Shown one piece after another: positions 17,736-26,861 of a stretch of DNA of 64,000 bases. This DNA is from an uncultured archaeon (GTDB lineage: Archaea; Asgardarchaeota; Lokiarchaeia; Sigyniarchaeales; SOKP01), in the NCBI GenBank assembly GCA_964508365.1, contig CAZDTP010000014.1, forward strand, positions 8,190 to 72,189, in the 5' to 3' direction. The translations under genes and the position numbers were made by a program. The notes under the pieces were generated by a model that was not told the DNA's origin, made no database searches, and was given only the letters and a program-made list of their open reading frames with translations. Within the stretch, counting starts at the first letter, position 1. Each line of letters starts with the position of its first letter.

Positions 17736-18845
17736 ATGGATAATGAACATGATAAAGTATGGTATAAAGCAGCGCGAACTATTGTCAAAGCAGGACAACT
17801 TCCTATGGTAGTTAATGATGATCTTATTGAACTATTGAAACTGATTATGACTGATGAACAAGCTGGGTTTATCACAGTTTTCAGAAAACCGTCGCTAAGT
17901 ATTGATCAGTTAAAAGACAAGACTAATATGGATGAGGAAGCTTTAGCACAGATCTTAAATGCTCTAATGGACAACGGAATTATCGTTGGCGTTCCTAGTA
18001 AAAGATCAGGTATTATGGTATATAGACTTCTTGGACCGTTCCCCGGTCTTTTTGAAATGCAGTTCATGAGAGGCGAAACGGGAGAAAAACAAAAGAAACT
18101 TGCTCAGATTTTCGATAAGATTTTTAAGGAATTGAGTAAAAAAACTCAAAAAAATTATGATAATATCGTAGAACTATATAAAAATTACCCTCCAATAACA
18201 AGAGTTGTTCCTGTTGAAGAAGAGATAGAAGATGTTCCTGTTGATAAGATATTACCTCATGAGGAAGCTTCAAAAATAGTAGATAAGTATGATGATATTG
18301 CTCTGGTTCATTGTTACTGTAGACATGAAAAAGATTTGCTTGAACAACCGTGTACCGTAACAGAAGAGAGATTAAATTGCTTTTTATTAGGAAAAAGCGC
18401 TCAATTTGCTATTAAACATAACTTTGGTAAGGCAATATCGAAAAAGAATGCAAAATCAATAATAAATAAAGCGTCTGATGAAGGACTCGTTCACAAGGCG
18501 TTCCATGTTCACCTTAAACCAGAACTAGATGAAGAAGCTATTTGCAACTGCTGTAAATGCTGCTGTGGGATATTTTCACTTTTTTGGAAGGGTATTTCGC
18601 CTTACCATTGTTATACAAGTTATTTAGCAGAAGTTGATGAAGATTCTTGCGTAGGATGTGGTACATGTGTAGAGAAGTGTCCTATGGAAGCAATTGATTT
18701 GGTTGAAAATATTGCGGTAATTAATGGTAGTAGATGTATTGGTTGTGGTATTTGTGTTCACCATTGTCCCGAAGAAGCAATGAAATTAAAACGAACAGGG
18801 AATCGAGAAGTTTTTGTGCCCCCTCCAAAATTAAAAATAACTTAA
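17736..18845 (+). CDS. 4Fe-4S dicluster-binding protein
   Basis: HCYCR, CNCCKCCC, CVGCGTCVEKCP, CIGCGICVHHCP. Confidence 0.85.
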   Translation: MDNEHDKVWYKAARTIVKAGQLPMVVNDDLIELLKLIMTDEQAGFITVFRKPSLSIDQLKDKTNMDEEALAQILNALMDNGIIVGVPSKRSGIMVYRLLGPFPGLFEMQFMRGETGEKQKKLAQIFDKIFKELSKKTQKNYDNIVELYKNYPPITRVVPVEEEIEDVPVDKILPHEEASKIVDKYDDIALVHCYCRHEKDLLEQPCTVTEERLNCFLLGKSAQFAIKHNFGKAISKKNAKSIINKASDEGLVHKAFHVHLKPELDEEAICNCCKCCCGIFSLFWKGISPYHCYTSYLAEVDEDSCVGCGTCVEKCPMEAIDLVENIAVINGSRCIGCGICVHHCPEEAMKLKRTGNREVFVPPPKLKIT

Positions 18846-18862
18846 AATCTGAGGTTTAAAAA

Positions 18863-19957
18863 ATGACTGAAAAATCTTGGTATCAACTTGCTAGAACTAT
18901 TCTTAAAGCAGGAGGACCTCCCGTCCCTATCAACGAAACGCTTGTGGATTTATTAAAGATGTTAATTAACGAAGAACAATTAAACTTCCTTTTAGATTTT
19001 AGAAAACCTATGAGCTTCGACCAGATTAAAGCCAAAATCGATCTTGAGAATTCTGAATTAAATAAGATGCTTAACGATTTAATGGATATAGGGATGATAA
19101 CAGGTATACCAAGTAGAAATACTGGTATAATGGTTTATAGATTAGTTGGTTTTCTACCAGGATTGCTGGAATTTACTCTTATGCGAGGTGAAACAGGACC
19201 AAAACAACGGAAAATTGCTGCTTTATGGGATAAATTGTTTAAGGAAGAAACAATTATAACTCAAAAAAATTACGAAGTCGTAATGAAGGCATTTAAAAAT
19301 GCTCCACCAATTGATAGGGTGATCCCTATTGAACGCCAAATTGACCCGCCTGAAGATATGGTAATACCTGAGGAAGATATAAAAAAAATTATAGAAAAAT
19401 ATGACATTATAGGCGTATCATATTGCTATTGTAGACATCTTAAAGATTTATTGGATGAACCATGTGAGATAAATGCTCCAAGGAAAAATTGCTTAAGTTT
19501 TGGTAGAACAGCAAAGTTTGCTATCGATCATCAATTTGCTGAACAAATCTCGAAAAAAGAAGCAACAAAAATAATTGAAGAGGCGGAGGAGTTAGGATTA
19601 ATTCATAAGGCTTTTCATATAAAGGGAGATCCTATAAATGATGAACTAGCAATATGTAATTGTTGCAAATGCTGTTGCGGAAACCTTCAAGCGTTTTATT
19701 CTGGCACATCTCCGATTCATACATATACTTCTTATATCGCTAGCATAAACGAAAGCGATTGTGTTGGATGTGGTACATGTTTGGATGTTTGCCCAATGAA
19801 TTCAATAGAATTAGGAGATACAACCGCTTTAGTTAATGAGGAAAGATGTATTGGATGTGGAGTATGTGCTAACACATGTCCTGAGAACGCCATAGAATTA
19901 CGAAAAACAGGACTTAGGAAAGTTTTTATTGCTGCTCCTAAAGTTTCATTATCCTAA
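18863..19957 (+). CDS. 4Fe-4S dicluster-binding protein (tandem paralog)
   Basis: Same architecture: YCYCR, CNCCKCCC, CVGCGTCLDVCP, CIGCGVCANTCP. Confidence 0.85.
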   Translation: MTEKSWYQLARTILKAGGPPVPINETLVDLLKMLINEEQLNFLLDFRKPMSFDQIKAKIDLENSELNKMLNDLMDIGMITGIPSRNTGIMVYRLVGFLPGLLEFTLMRGETGPKQRKIAALWDKLFKEETIITQKNYEVVMKAFKNAPPIDRVIPIERQIDPPEDMVIPEEDIKKIIEKYDIIGVSYCYCRHLKDLLDEPCEINAPRKNCLSFGRTAKFAIDHQFAEQISKKEATKIIEEAEELGLIHKAFHIKGDPINDELAICNCCKCCCGNLQAFYSGTSPIHTYTSYIASINESDCVGCGTCLDVCPMNSIELGDTTALVNEERCIGCGVCANTCPENAIELRKTGLRKVFIAAPKVSLS

Positions 19958-19985
19958 AATTATTCCTTTCTGTTATTTAGATATT

Positions 19986-21578
19986 TCAGATTAAGCTTTC
20001 CCCAACAACACTGGGATGTGGTTTTTTTCCTAACATTTTTAGCAGAGTTGGGACTATATCCGTTATTTTACAATATGAAACTTCTTTTACTGGTATATTT
20101 TTTGAACCACCAATAATAAGCGGAACAACCGTAGATTTTTTAAGCCCTATATCATGTGAATACAAATTTTTATTTTCTTTTTTTCCGTGTTTAATATTAT
20201 ATGCAACATCACCGCAAGTGCTAACTATAATATCTGCCCTCCTGGGATTTTTAAAGTTCCGCGAAAGCAAATCTGGGTATAATGGAAAGTCAATGTGAAA
20301 AGTAGCATCTAACCATTCATTTAAAGTGTGAAATTTGTTGTCTAATAACTTGCTCGCAATCTCATCGTTAATATAATTAAACACATCAGCATCATTAGTT
20401 TCTGTGGAGTATTTAGTTTTAAATTCCTTACCATTTCCTGTATATTCTATAGAACTTTTTATAATTTTACCTGTGTTTTGATCTTTTCTTTTCAAATGGA
20501 TTTTTCCCTTTTTAGATGTGTTCCCATCGTCACAGTAATACATTAATCGAATGCCATTAAGAGTAAATAGCTTTTCTAATAGATTAATTTGTTTTGGACC
20601 ATAATTCTCCATTTCTGAAATTGTTGGATGATTCCAATTTTGTTCATTAGTATTGCTGTTGGATTTAAAATTGAAAAACCCTACGCTGTTAAACCCACTT
20701 ATATTCATATTGCCTTTAATATTCTTTCGCGGGTGGTAATGATTTAGATTATTTTCGTTAAAAAAACCTCCAAAATCCCCTAATGCGTTAGCTTTATAGT
20801 TTCCATGATCAGAGGATATAGCAATAGCGGTTTCATTCAAATAACCTAAATTATCTAATCCTTCAAGTAATATTCCAAGTACTTTATCTATGTGAAACAA
20901 ATTTAGCTTATACAACTCTGAATCAAAGCCGTAAAGGTGCATCATTACATCTGAAGACACGAACAAGAGGTTAGAAGCAATTGGAACTTCTTTAGTATCG
21001 AAAAATTTCTTCGGTTTTTCAAAAGTTTTTAGCAATTTCTTCACGGCAATTAAGTTAGCTTTCATAATGTACTTGTTAATATTATGAGAATGTTTTATTA
21101 AGAGGTAATACAAGATTAATTTAGTTTTTCTCTCGGGGAAAAGATAACTAACACCCCTGCTAATAAATTGACTAATACTTACTGTGTTTCCTTCTCCGAC
21201 CATTTCGAATAAAGTTTTGCAGTTATTACCTAAGTCATCGTTTAATTTATAAATTTGAATTATTTCGTCCGATCCAATTGAATTATATGATCTTAAAAAA
21301 GGGGGAACCTTGTTTCGTCCCATCCAATGAAAAGAGGGCACTCCGTGGCATAATTCCTCCAAGTAATTTCCTGTATATGTGCCAGTCATCATTGATACTT
21401 GAGTCGGAAATGTCAATGAAGGAAAATCTGTTATACAATTTTTTGAATAAACTCCATCATTCATTAACCGTTTCAAATTAGGAAGTGACCCTTCATCAAT
21501 GAGTTTGAAAAAGTGATCAGATCGTATATCATCTATAATGCAAAAAATGATATTTTTTATCTGATTCATCAAATTCAT
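19986..21578 (-). CDS. Alkaline phosphatase superfamily, nucleotide pyrophosphatase/phosphodiesterase type
   Basis: IIDDIRSD, PSLTFP (Thr nucleophile), DVMMH, SSDHG, KITDIVPT. Confidence 0.8.
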   Translation of the reverse strand: MNLMNQIKNIIFCIIDDIRSDHFFKLIDEGSLPNLKRLMNDGVYSKNCITDFPSLTFPTQVSMMTGTYTGNYLEELCHGVPSFHWMGRNKVPPFLRSYNSIGSDEIIQIYKLNDDLGNNCKTLFEMVGEGNTVSISQFISRGVSYLFPERKTKLILYYLLIKHSHNINKYIMKANLIAVKKLLKTFEKPKKFFDTKEVPIASNLLFVSSDVMMHLYGFDSELYKLNLFHIDKVLGILLEGLDNLGYLNETAIAISSDHGNYKANALGDFGGFFNENNLNHYHPRKNIKGNMNISGFNSVGFFNFKSNSNTNEQNWNHPTISEMENYGPKQINLLEKLFTLNGIRLMYYCDDGNTSKKGKIHLKRKDQNTGKIIKSSIEYTGNGKEFKTKYSTETNDADVFNYINDEIASKLLDNKFHTLNEWLDATFHIDFPLYPDLLSRNFKNPRRADIIVSTCGDVAYNIKHGKKENKNLYSHDIGLKKSTVVPLIIGGSKNIPVKEVSYCKITDIVPTLLKMLGKKPHPSVVGESLI

Positions 21579-21667
21579 AAAACTAAAACTTTGGACTAAA
21601 ATTAAATTTTACCAAAAAATAGGTGCTTACTCAAAAGTTTTAAAAAACATCCCACATAAAATTTTTT

Positions 21668-23008
21668 ATGACTTCAGAAATAGAATATAGAAAAAGATAT
21701 ACTTACATTTTTGTTTTTTTCTATCTTTGTGAAGGCTTTTCTCAGGGAATTCCTTTTTTAGTTTGGCCTCAATATTTAGCGCAAATTTCAGGTGGTTCAT
21801 ACAATATCTCACTGTGGTTAGTTGTTTATTCTATAGGAACTATGCCATGGACATTTAAGTTGATTGTTGGGTTATTTAATGATAGATGGGGCTCTAAAAA
21901 ATACGGTCAGCGATTCCCTTGGATATTTAGTTTTGGCGTTTTTGGAGGAGTTTGGTGGATTATCATGGGTTTTTTTCTACCAACTAGCGGGATTTATTTC
22001 TGGTTAGCTTTATATTACTTTATGACCCAACTTGGTATGGCGTTTGCTGACACAGCATTGGATGGTTTAATTCTAGATGTTACACCCAAAAAGAAATTAG
22101 CGCGTGTGCAAGGATATACTTGGACGGTAATGTTTTTAGGTTATGGTGCGGGAGGAATGCTTTTGGGTATAATATTCTTAGCTACTAACTTGATGCCCAT
22201 ACTATTTATTCTAACAGGTGTCCTAATGTTTATTTCCAGTATTCTCCCTTATTTTATAAAAGAAATTCCTCCAGAAAAAGTATCAAAGAAGGAGTATGGT
22301 AGTGATTTATTAACAATTGTTACGAAAAAACGGAACTGGAAAGTATTTTTATACACATTCCTAACAGGAATCCCAGCCGTCATGATTTTAAACTTCTTTA
22401 TGTATGTGGTGTTGATTGCCATGGGCGTAATTGATGTAAGTGCTACATTATTAACTATTGTTGGCGGAGGTGCGGTCGACTTACAAGTATGGAGCTCGGT
22501 GTTTTATCTAGGTAGTGGTATAGGAACAATAATAGGGTCTCCAATATCAGGAATGTTTGGAGACAGGAGTCGTAAAAAAACTATTACTTACACCTATTTA
22601 GCATACATGCCTTTTTGTTTAATTTTAGTTATTCCTTTTGTGTTTCTAACTGGCGAAATTCTCCCATTAATCTTTGGCATGGTATTTCTTTTAGTATTAG
22701 GCGCAATTCAAAATGCACTAACCGTTGTTAATCAAACGGTACGCGGTGACTTAGCTAAAAATTATTATCCAAACCTTAAAAGCACATACTTTGCTATTTT
22801 AGTTTCACTAGCAAATTTGGGTCAAAATATGGGTACAATTATCGGTGCAGGTCTTTTTGCTCTTTTTGTACTATTCACTACCGAATTTTATCTAATATTT
22901 TTCTTGGTTTCCGTTTTCTGTGCTGTGAGTTTGTTAATAGGTTACTTAATTTTTAGGAAAATTGATCCAATTGATTACGAATTAAGTAATTCATCGAGTA
23001 AAAACTAA
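21668..23008 (+). CDS. MFS transporter (AmpG/PAT/BT1-like)
   Basis: About 12 TM segments; PWTFKLIVGLFNDRWG; AFADTALDGLILD. Confidence 0.85.
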   Translation: MTSEIEYRKRYTYIFVFFYLCEGFSQGIPFLVWPQYLAQISGGSYNISLWLVVYSIGTMPWTFKLIVGLFNDRWGSKKYGQRFPWIFSFGVFGGVWWIIMGFFLPTSGIYFWLALYYFMTQLGMAFADTALDGLILDVTPKKKLARVQGYTWTVMFLGYGAGGMLLGIIFLATNLMPILFILTGVLMFISSILPYFIKEIPPEKVSKKEYGSDLLTIVTKKRNWKVFLYTFLTGIPAVMILNFFMYVVLIAMGVIDVSATLLTIVGGGAVDLQVWSSVFYLGSGIGTIIGSPISGMFGDRSRKKTITYTYLAYMPFCLILVIPFVFLTGEILPLIFGMVFLLVLGAIQNALTVVNQTVRGDLAKNYYPNLKSTYFAILVSLANLGQNMGTIIGAGLFALFVLFTTEFYLIFFLVSVFCAVSLLIGYLIFRKIDPIDYELSNSSSKN

Positions 23009-23072
23009 AATACATCAATTTTCTTTTTTTTTTAATAATTAATAATATAAGAGAGAAAAAATAAAAAAAATA

Positions 23073-23173
23073 AGCCTCCGACGGGAATTGAACCCGTGAC
23101 CTGCAGATTACAAGTCTCAGCAATTAATAGAGGTTAATTAAATTCTGCCGCTATACCGCTAAGCCACGGAGGC
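23073..23173 (-). tRNA. tRNA-Thr(UGU) with 29-nt intron at position 30/31
   Basis: GCCTCCG/CGGAGGC acceptor stem, U73, T arm ACGGG-TTCAATT-CCCGT; after splicing the anticodon arm is GCAGA-CTTGTAA-TCTGC. Confidence 0.93.
23116..23144 (-). other. tRNA intron (BHB/BHL type), non-canonical position
   Basis: Central helix CGGC/GCTG, both bulges AG|A, internal AATTAA/TTAATT hairpin. Confidence 0.8.
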
Positions 23174-23427
23174 TTAAATGTTATATTTAAAAATAATATT
23201 ACTAGAATTTTTAATTTTTTGGATTTATTTAGCAATATTAGTTCTTTATTTCAATTTGAAATAAATTATTTCCTCCTTCTATCTTTTAGTGCTTCTTCTA
23301 TTGAAGAGCCATGAATAATTTTTTAATTTTGTGGTGTTAGTACGATTTAAAATTCAATGCAAATAATTAAATGGTAACTTTACTTTTTCTTTATTTAAAT
23401 ACTAATTATTCTGAGTTTTAATTTACT

Positions 23428-23775
23428 TTGTTTACTAAAGAAGATGTAGAGATTTTAGCATATCAACGCTATACGTCGGGAGAAGATTACGATAAATCAG
23501 TCTGGTACTTAGCTGAGCTTGTAGTTAAGATTTTAAAAAATACGAAAAATGGAGACGATATAAAACCACTTGAAACAGATAATTTGGTTTTATTACTAAA
23601 TGAAAATGTTAATGGGGAACTTATAGAACCAACTAAAGACGAAATTAAAGAAATAGCTGAAGTCATTTACCACAAACATCCGGAAAAGAGTAAACTTCAC
23701 TTTTTTATTGCAGAAAAACAATTACTTCTTAATGAAATAAAAAAAGTCATTAAAGAAAATAGAACAAACCATTAA
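23428..23775 (+). CDS. Hypothetical protein with two DUF2934-like helical repeats
   Basis: EDVEILAYQRY..VWYLAE and DEIKEIAEVIY..HFFIAEKQL. TTG start. Confidence 0.6.
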   Translation: MFTKEDVEILAYQRYTSGEDYDKSVWYLAELVVKILKNTKNGDDIKPLETDNLVLLLNENVNGELIEPTKDEIKEIAEVIYHKHPEKSKLHFFIAEKQLLLNEIKKVIKENRTNH

Positions 23776-23782
23776 TTTTTAC

Positions 23783-25159
23783 TTATTGTGTTGCGGCCGT
23801 TATTGTACAATCCTTCACTTTTATTGTTGGTGTAAATGTAGGTGTTTGTACTTCCCACCAATAAATTTGTTTAACATTTTTTCCAATTGCAGAAATGTTC
23901 GAACAAATTCTTAATAGATTGTCAGATAAGCGAAGTCTTCTAACTGGTTCTTTAATTTCTCCATTCTCTATTAGAAACATACCATCTCGAGGTATTGTGG
24001 AAAAAATTCCCTCTGTCATATTTGTAAAACGTGTATACCAATTAGAGGTAATATATATCGTTGGTTTTTTACTTTCAGCAATGATTTCTTCTAAAGTATA
24101 ATCTCCTCCATTGATAGCAATATTGGAGGGACCAGGCGCTAGAAATTTGGATCCGATACCGAAATCAAAGAATGTAGAGTTTCCTGAATTTTCTACTTTA
24201 TCCATTTTACTTGTAGATGTGTTTTGGAGCAATCCCTTAAGGATTCCTTCTGAAAAAATTGGGGTTTTACCTTTAGGGGTTCCTTCAACATCAAAGGGTC
24301 GACTCCCTAATCCCTCAGCAAGGAGAGCGTTATCTGTAACCGTGAATTCTTCAGATGCTATTTGTTTTCCAATATGCTCATATTTTAGAGGGCTCATACC
24401 TACCATTATTTTGATAGGGTTTAAACCATCAAAAACTTGCCCCAATACATTGGCAGCAACAGTTGGACTCATTAATACATCGTATTTTCCGGGAGATCCT
24501 TGTGTTCCTCCATTTGCCATTTTGGCGATTTCACCAGCATTATTACCAGCCTTAAGAAATTCGCTTTCAACTCCAGAAAGACTTCTGCTACAAGCAAGTC
24601 CTTGTCCGCTACTATCAGGATCAACAAAAGATCTTATAGTAAATCTGTAATAGGAACCTAAAAATGAGCCTTCGTTTCCGTAACTTGTTGATAACTCTGT
24701 TTTAGAATAACCAAAGTAAAGTACACCTGCCACTTTTTTAGCTCCACTTTCCAGTGATGTCTGAATTGCCGCATTAACAAGTTCAGGTGCTTTATCAGAA
24801 AAATCCAATATTTTTGGGTCATATATTCCATCTAATTTTTCATATTTATGCTGATTACTTTCCATCCCATTGTAAAGGAAACTTTCAGGTAACCTTTCTA
24901 AAAATTTCGATGCATCTTTAATACGACTTCTAATTTTCGCTTGAGTTGGAGCTTCAATTTCAAGGTATGTTGACTTTTTTCCTTTAGCAAGAAAAAGTTC
25001 TATATTATCATTGCTCCAGATTTTAGAATTGTCTATCATCGAATTCGAAAACCTAATCTGATATCCTTTACCTTTTGTTCTTTGAGCAAGAATTTCATTA
25101 ATTTTTTCATCCTGCGCTACATTAATCCCAAATTTAAGAAGATCGCTAGTCTCGGTCAT
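23783..25159 (-). CDS. TldE/PmbA family protein
   Basis: SRPFDVEG, GILKGLL, TFTPTIKV; 4-nt overlap with the TldD gene. Confidence 0.88.
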   Translation of the reverse strand: MTETSDLLKFGINVAQDEKINEILAQRTKGKGYQIRFSNSMIDNSKIWSNDNIELFLAKGKKSTYLEIEAPTQAKIRSRIKDASKFLERLPESFLYNGMESNQHKYEKLDGIYDPKILDFSDKAPELVNAAIQTSLESGAKKVAGVLYFGYSKTELSTSYGNEGSFLGSYYRFTIRSFVDPDSSGQGLACSRSLSGVESEFLKAGNNAGEIAKMANGGTQGSPGKYDVLMSPTVAANVLGQVFDGLNPIKIMVGMSPLKYEHIGKQIASEEFTVTDNALLAEGLGSRPFDVEGTPKGKTPIFSEGILKGLLQNTSTSKMDKVENSGNSTFFDFGIGSKFLAPGPSNIAINGGDYTLEEIIAESKKPTIYITSNWYTRFTNMTEGIFSTIPRDGMFLIENGEIKEPVRRLRLSDNLLRICSNISAIGKNVKQIYWWEVQTPTFTPTIKVKDCTITAATQ

Positions 25160-26604
25160 TTATTTCCCCCTCCTAATTTGATATTTTTCAGTCGGACATG
25201 TGGTCCCCCTAGCCATACAGGAGCAGCTTGCTGTGGTTCTCCCTTACCACAATATCCGTGAGGTGAACTAAAATCTTTAGAAACTCCATCAACACTACCC
25301 AATATACCATATGTAGTTAATTCCAGAACGGGTCGACGAATCATAGTATCGGTTACTTCCCCATTTTCAATTAAGTACACTTCAAGCCCTACATACTTAC
25401 TTTGAAAACGACGGTCATCTATATTCCATTCAGTAAAGCTCTTCATGTATATTCCTTGTTTAACATCATCAATTAATTCTTCAAACGTAAAATCTCCAGG
25501 AGCAAAATAAGTATTAGCCATCCGAATAATGGGCTCTCTTGTATAAGCCACCGCCCTTGCCGCAGCATTGGATTGAGTGTTATATCTACTAGCATATTCA
25601 CGGTTTAGAAATAATTCATTTAACATGCCATTTTTTATTAAATAACGTGGACGAGCTTTTACACACTCATCATCATAGAGATAAAAACCAGAATTACCTT
25701 TTTGTGTTGGGTCATCTATTATTGTGACTTGCTCGCTACCCATTTTAATTTCTCCGAGCCTTTCGTTTTCCAGTAAATCTATATAAAAAGATTCTCCTGC
25801 TTGGGCTCCCTCTCGACCTAAAATTCGATCTGCTTCGCTAGGATGGCCTACATTTTCATGAGCCATTATTCCAGCAACCTCACCACTTACTACTACATCG
25901 ATTTGGTTGATATCTTTTTCAATTGCATTTCGCGCTGCTTTAACTAAACTAATATTATCCTCTAAAATTCGTTCAACCACATTTTCTTCTTCAATCCATT
26001 CCCAACCCCCAGTTCCTCCTAAACTTAACATTCTTTGTTCTCCTCCCGCTTTACCTTTAGCCGTATTAAAAGTGTGAGCAGAAATTATTGAATTTTCTGA
26101 TTCCACTTTCGAACCTTCATTTGTAACTATATATTTTTGATCAGAGTATAGATCCAATAATAGCGTTCTGGTAGGTAACTTAAATCGAAATTCTTTGTTC
26201 AAAACTTTATCTAAATCTATCAGAAAATTCTGTTTTTCTTCAATTGATATTTCCTCAAATTTTATTTTTACAGGAGATTTCCATTTTGTTTGAACTACTT
26301 CTTCTTCAGAAAATGTTATCGGGATTTTTCTTTTACTAGCTTTAGCTAATTTAATTGCTTCTTCTATCCCATTTTCAATTCCGGTCTTTGTTAAACTTGC
26401 GGTAGAACAAAATCCCATACCTCCATTAGCTAGTACTCGAATCGCAATTCCATTTGAATAAGTAATTCCTCCACCTAGTATAACACCATTTCTTGCAGCA
26501 TAACTTTCATTTCTTGAGGCAACGACTCTTGCTTCGATATAACTTGCTCCACGAGATGCACCATAATCTATAGCAAAATCTGCTAAATCTTTTCCATTCT
26601 TCAT
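25156..26604 (-). CDS. tldD: TldD family metalloprotease
   Basis: HENVGHPSEAD (HExxGH), YDDECV, PIIRMANTYF, CGKGEP..GGPH. Confidence 0.9.
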   Translation of the reverse strand: MKNGKDLADFAIDYGASRGASYIEARVVASRNESYAARNGVILGGGITYSNGIAIRVLANGGMGFCSTASLTKTGIENGIEEAIKLAKASKRKIPITFSEEEVVQTKWKSPVKIKFEEISIEEKQNFLIDLDKVLNKEFRFKLPTRTLLLDLYSDQKYIVTNEGSKVESENSIISAHTFNTAKGKAGGEQRMLSLGGTGGWEWIEEENVVERILEDNISLVKAARNAIEKDINQIDVVVSGEVAGIMAHENVGHPSEADRILGREGAQAGESFYIDLLENERLGEIKMGSEQVTIIDDPTQKGNSGFYLYDDECVKARPRYLIKNGMLNELFLNREYASRYNTQSNAAARAVAYTREPIIRMANTYFAPGDFTFEELIDDVKQGIYMKSFTEWNIDDRRFQSKYVGLEVYLIENGEVTDTMIRRPVLELTTYGILGSVDGVSKDFSSPHGYCGKGEPQQAAPVWLGGPHVRLKNIKLGGGNK

Positions 26605-26861
26605 TATTAGAATCCTAATTTCTCTAATATTTTTGATAAATCATATGATATTTATTTTAATAATATTAGCTTTTTTTAAACGATAAAGCCTAACAAATTA
26701 AGAGAATTTTCGAGCATACTATATTATAAAAAAAAGAAATAAACCTAATCTGTCTCCTTTTTTAAATTATCTTAATCACTTAACATATTAAACTCAGAAT
26801 AGTTGAGATTAAAACCTCAAAAATAATTATATTAAATAGAAAGTAATTTGTATTACTAAAT

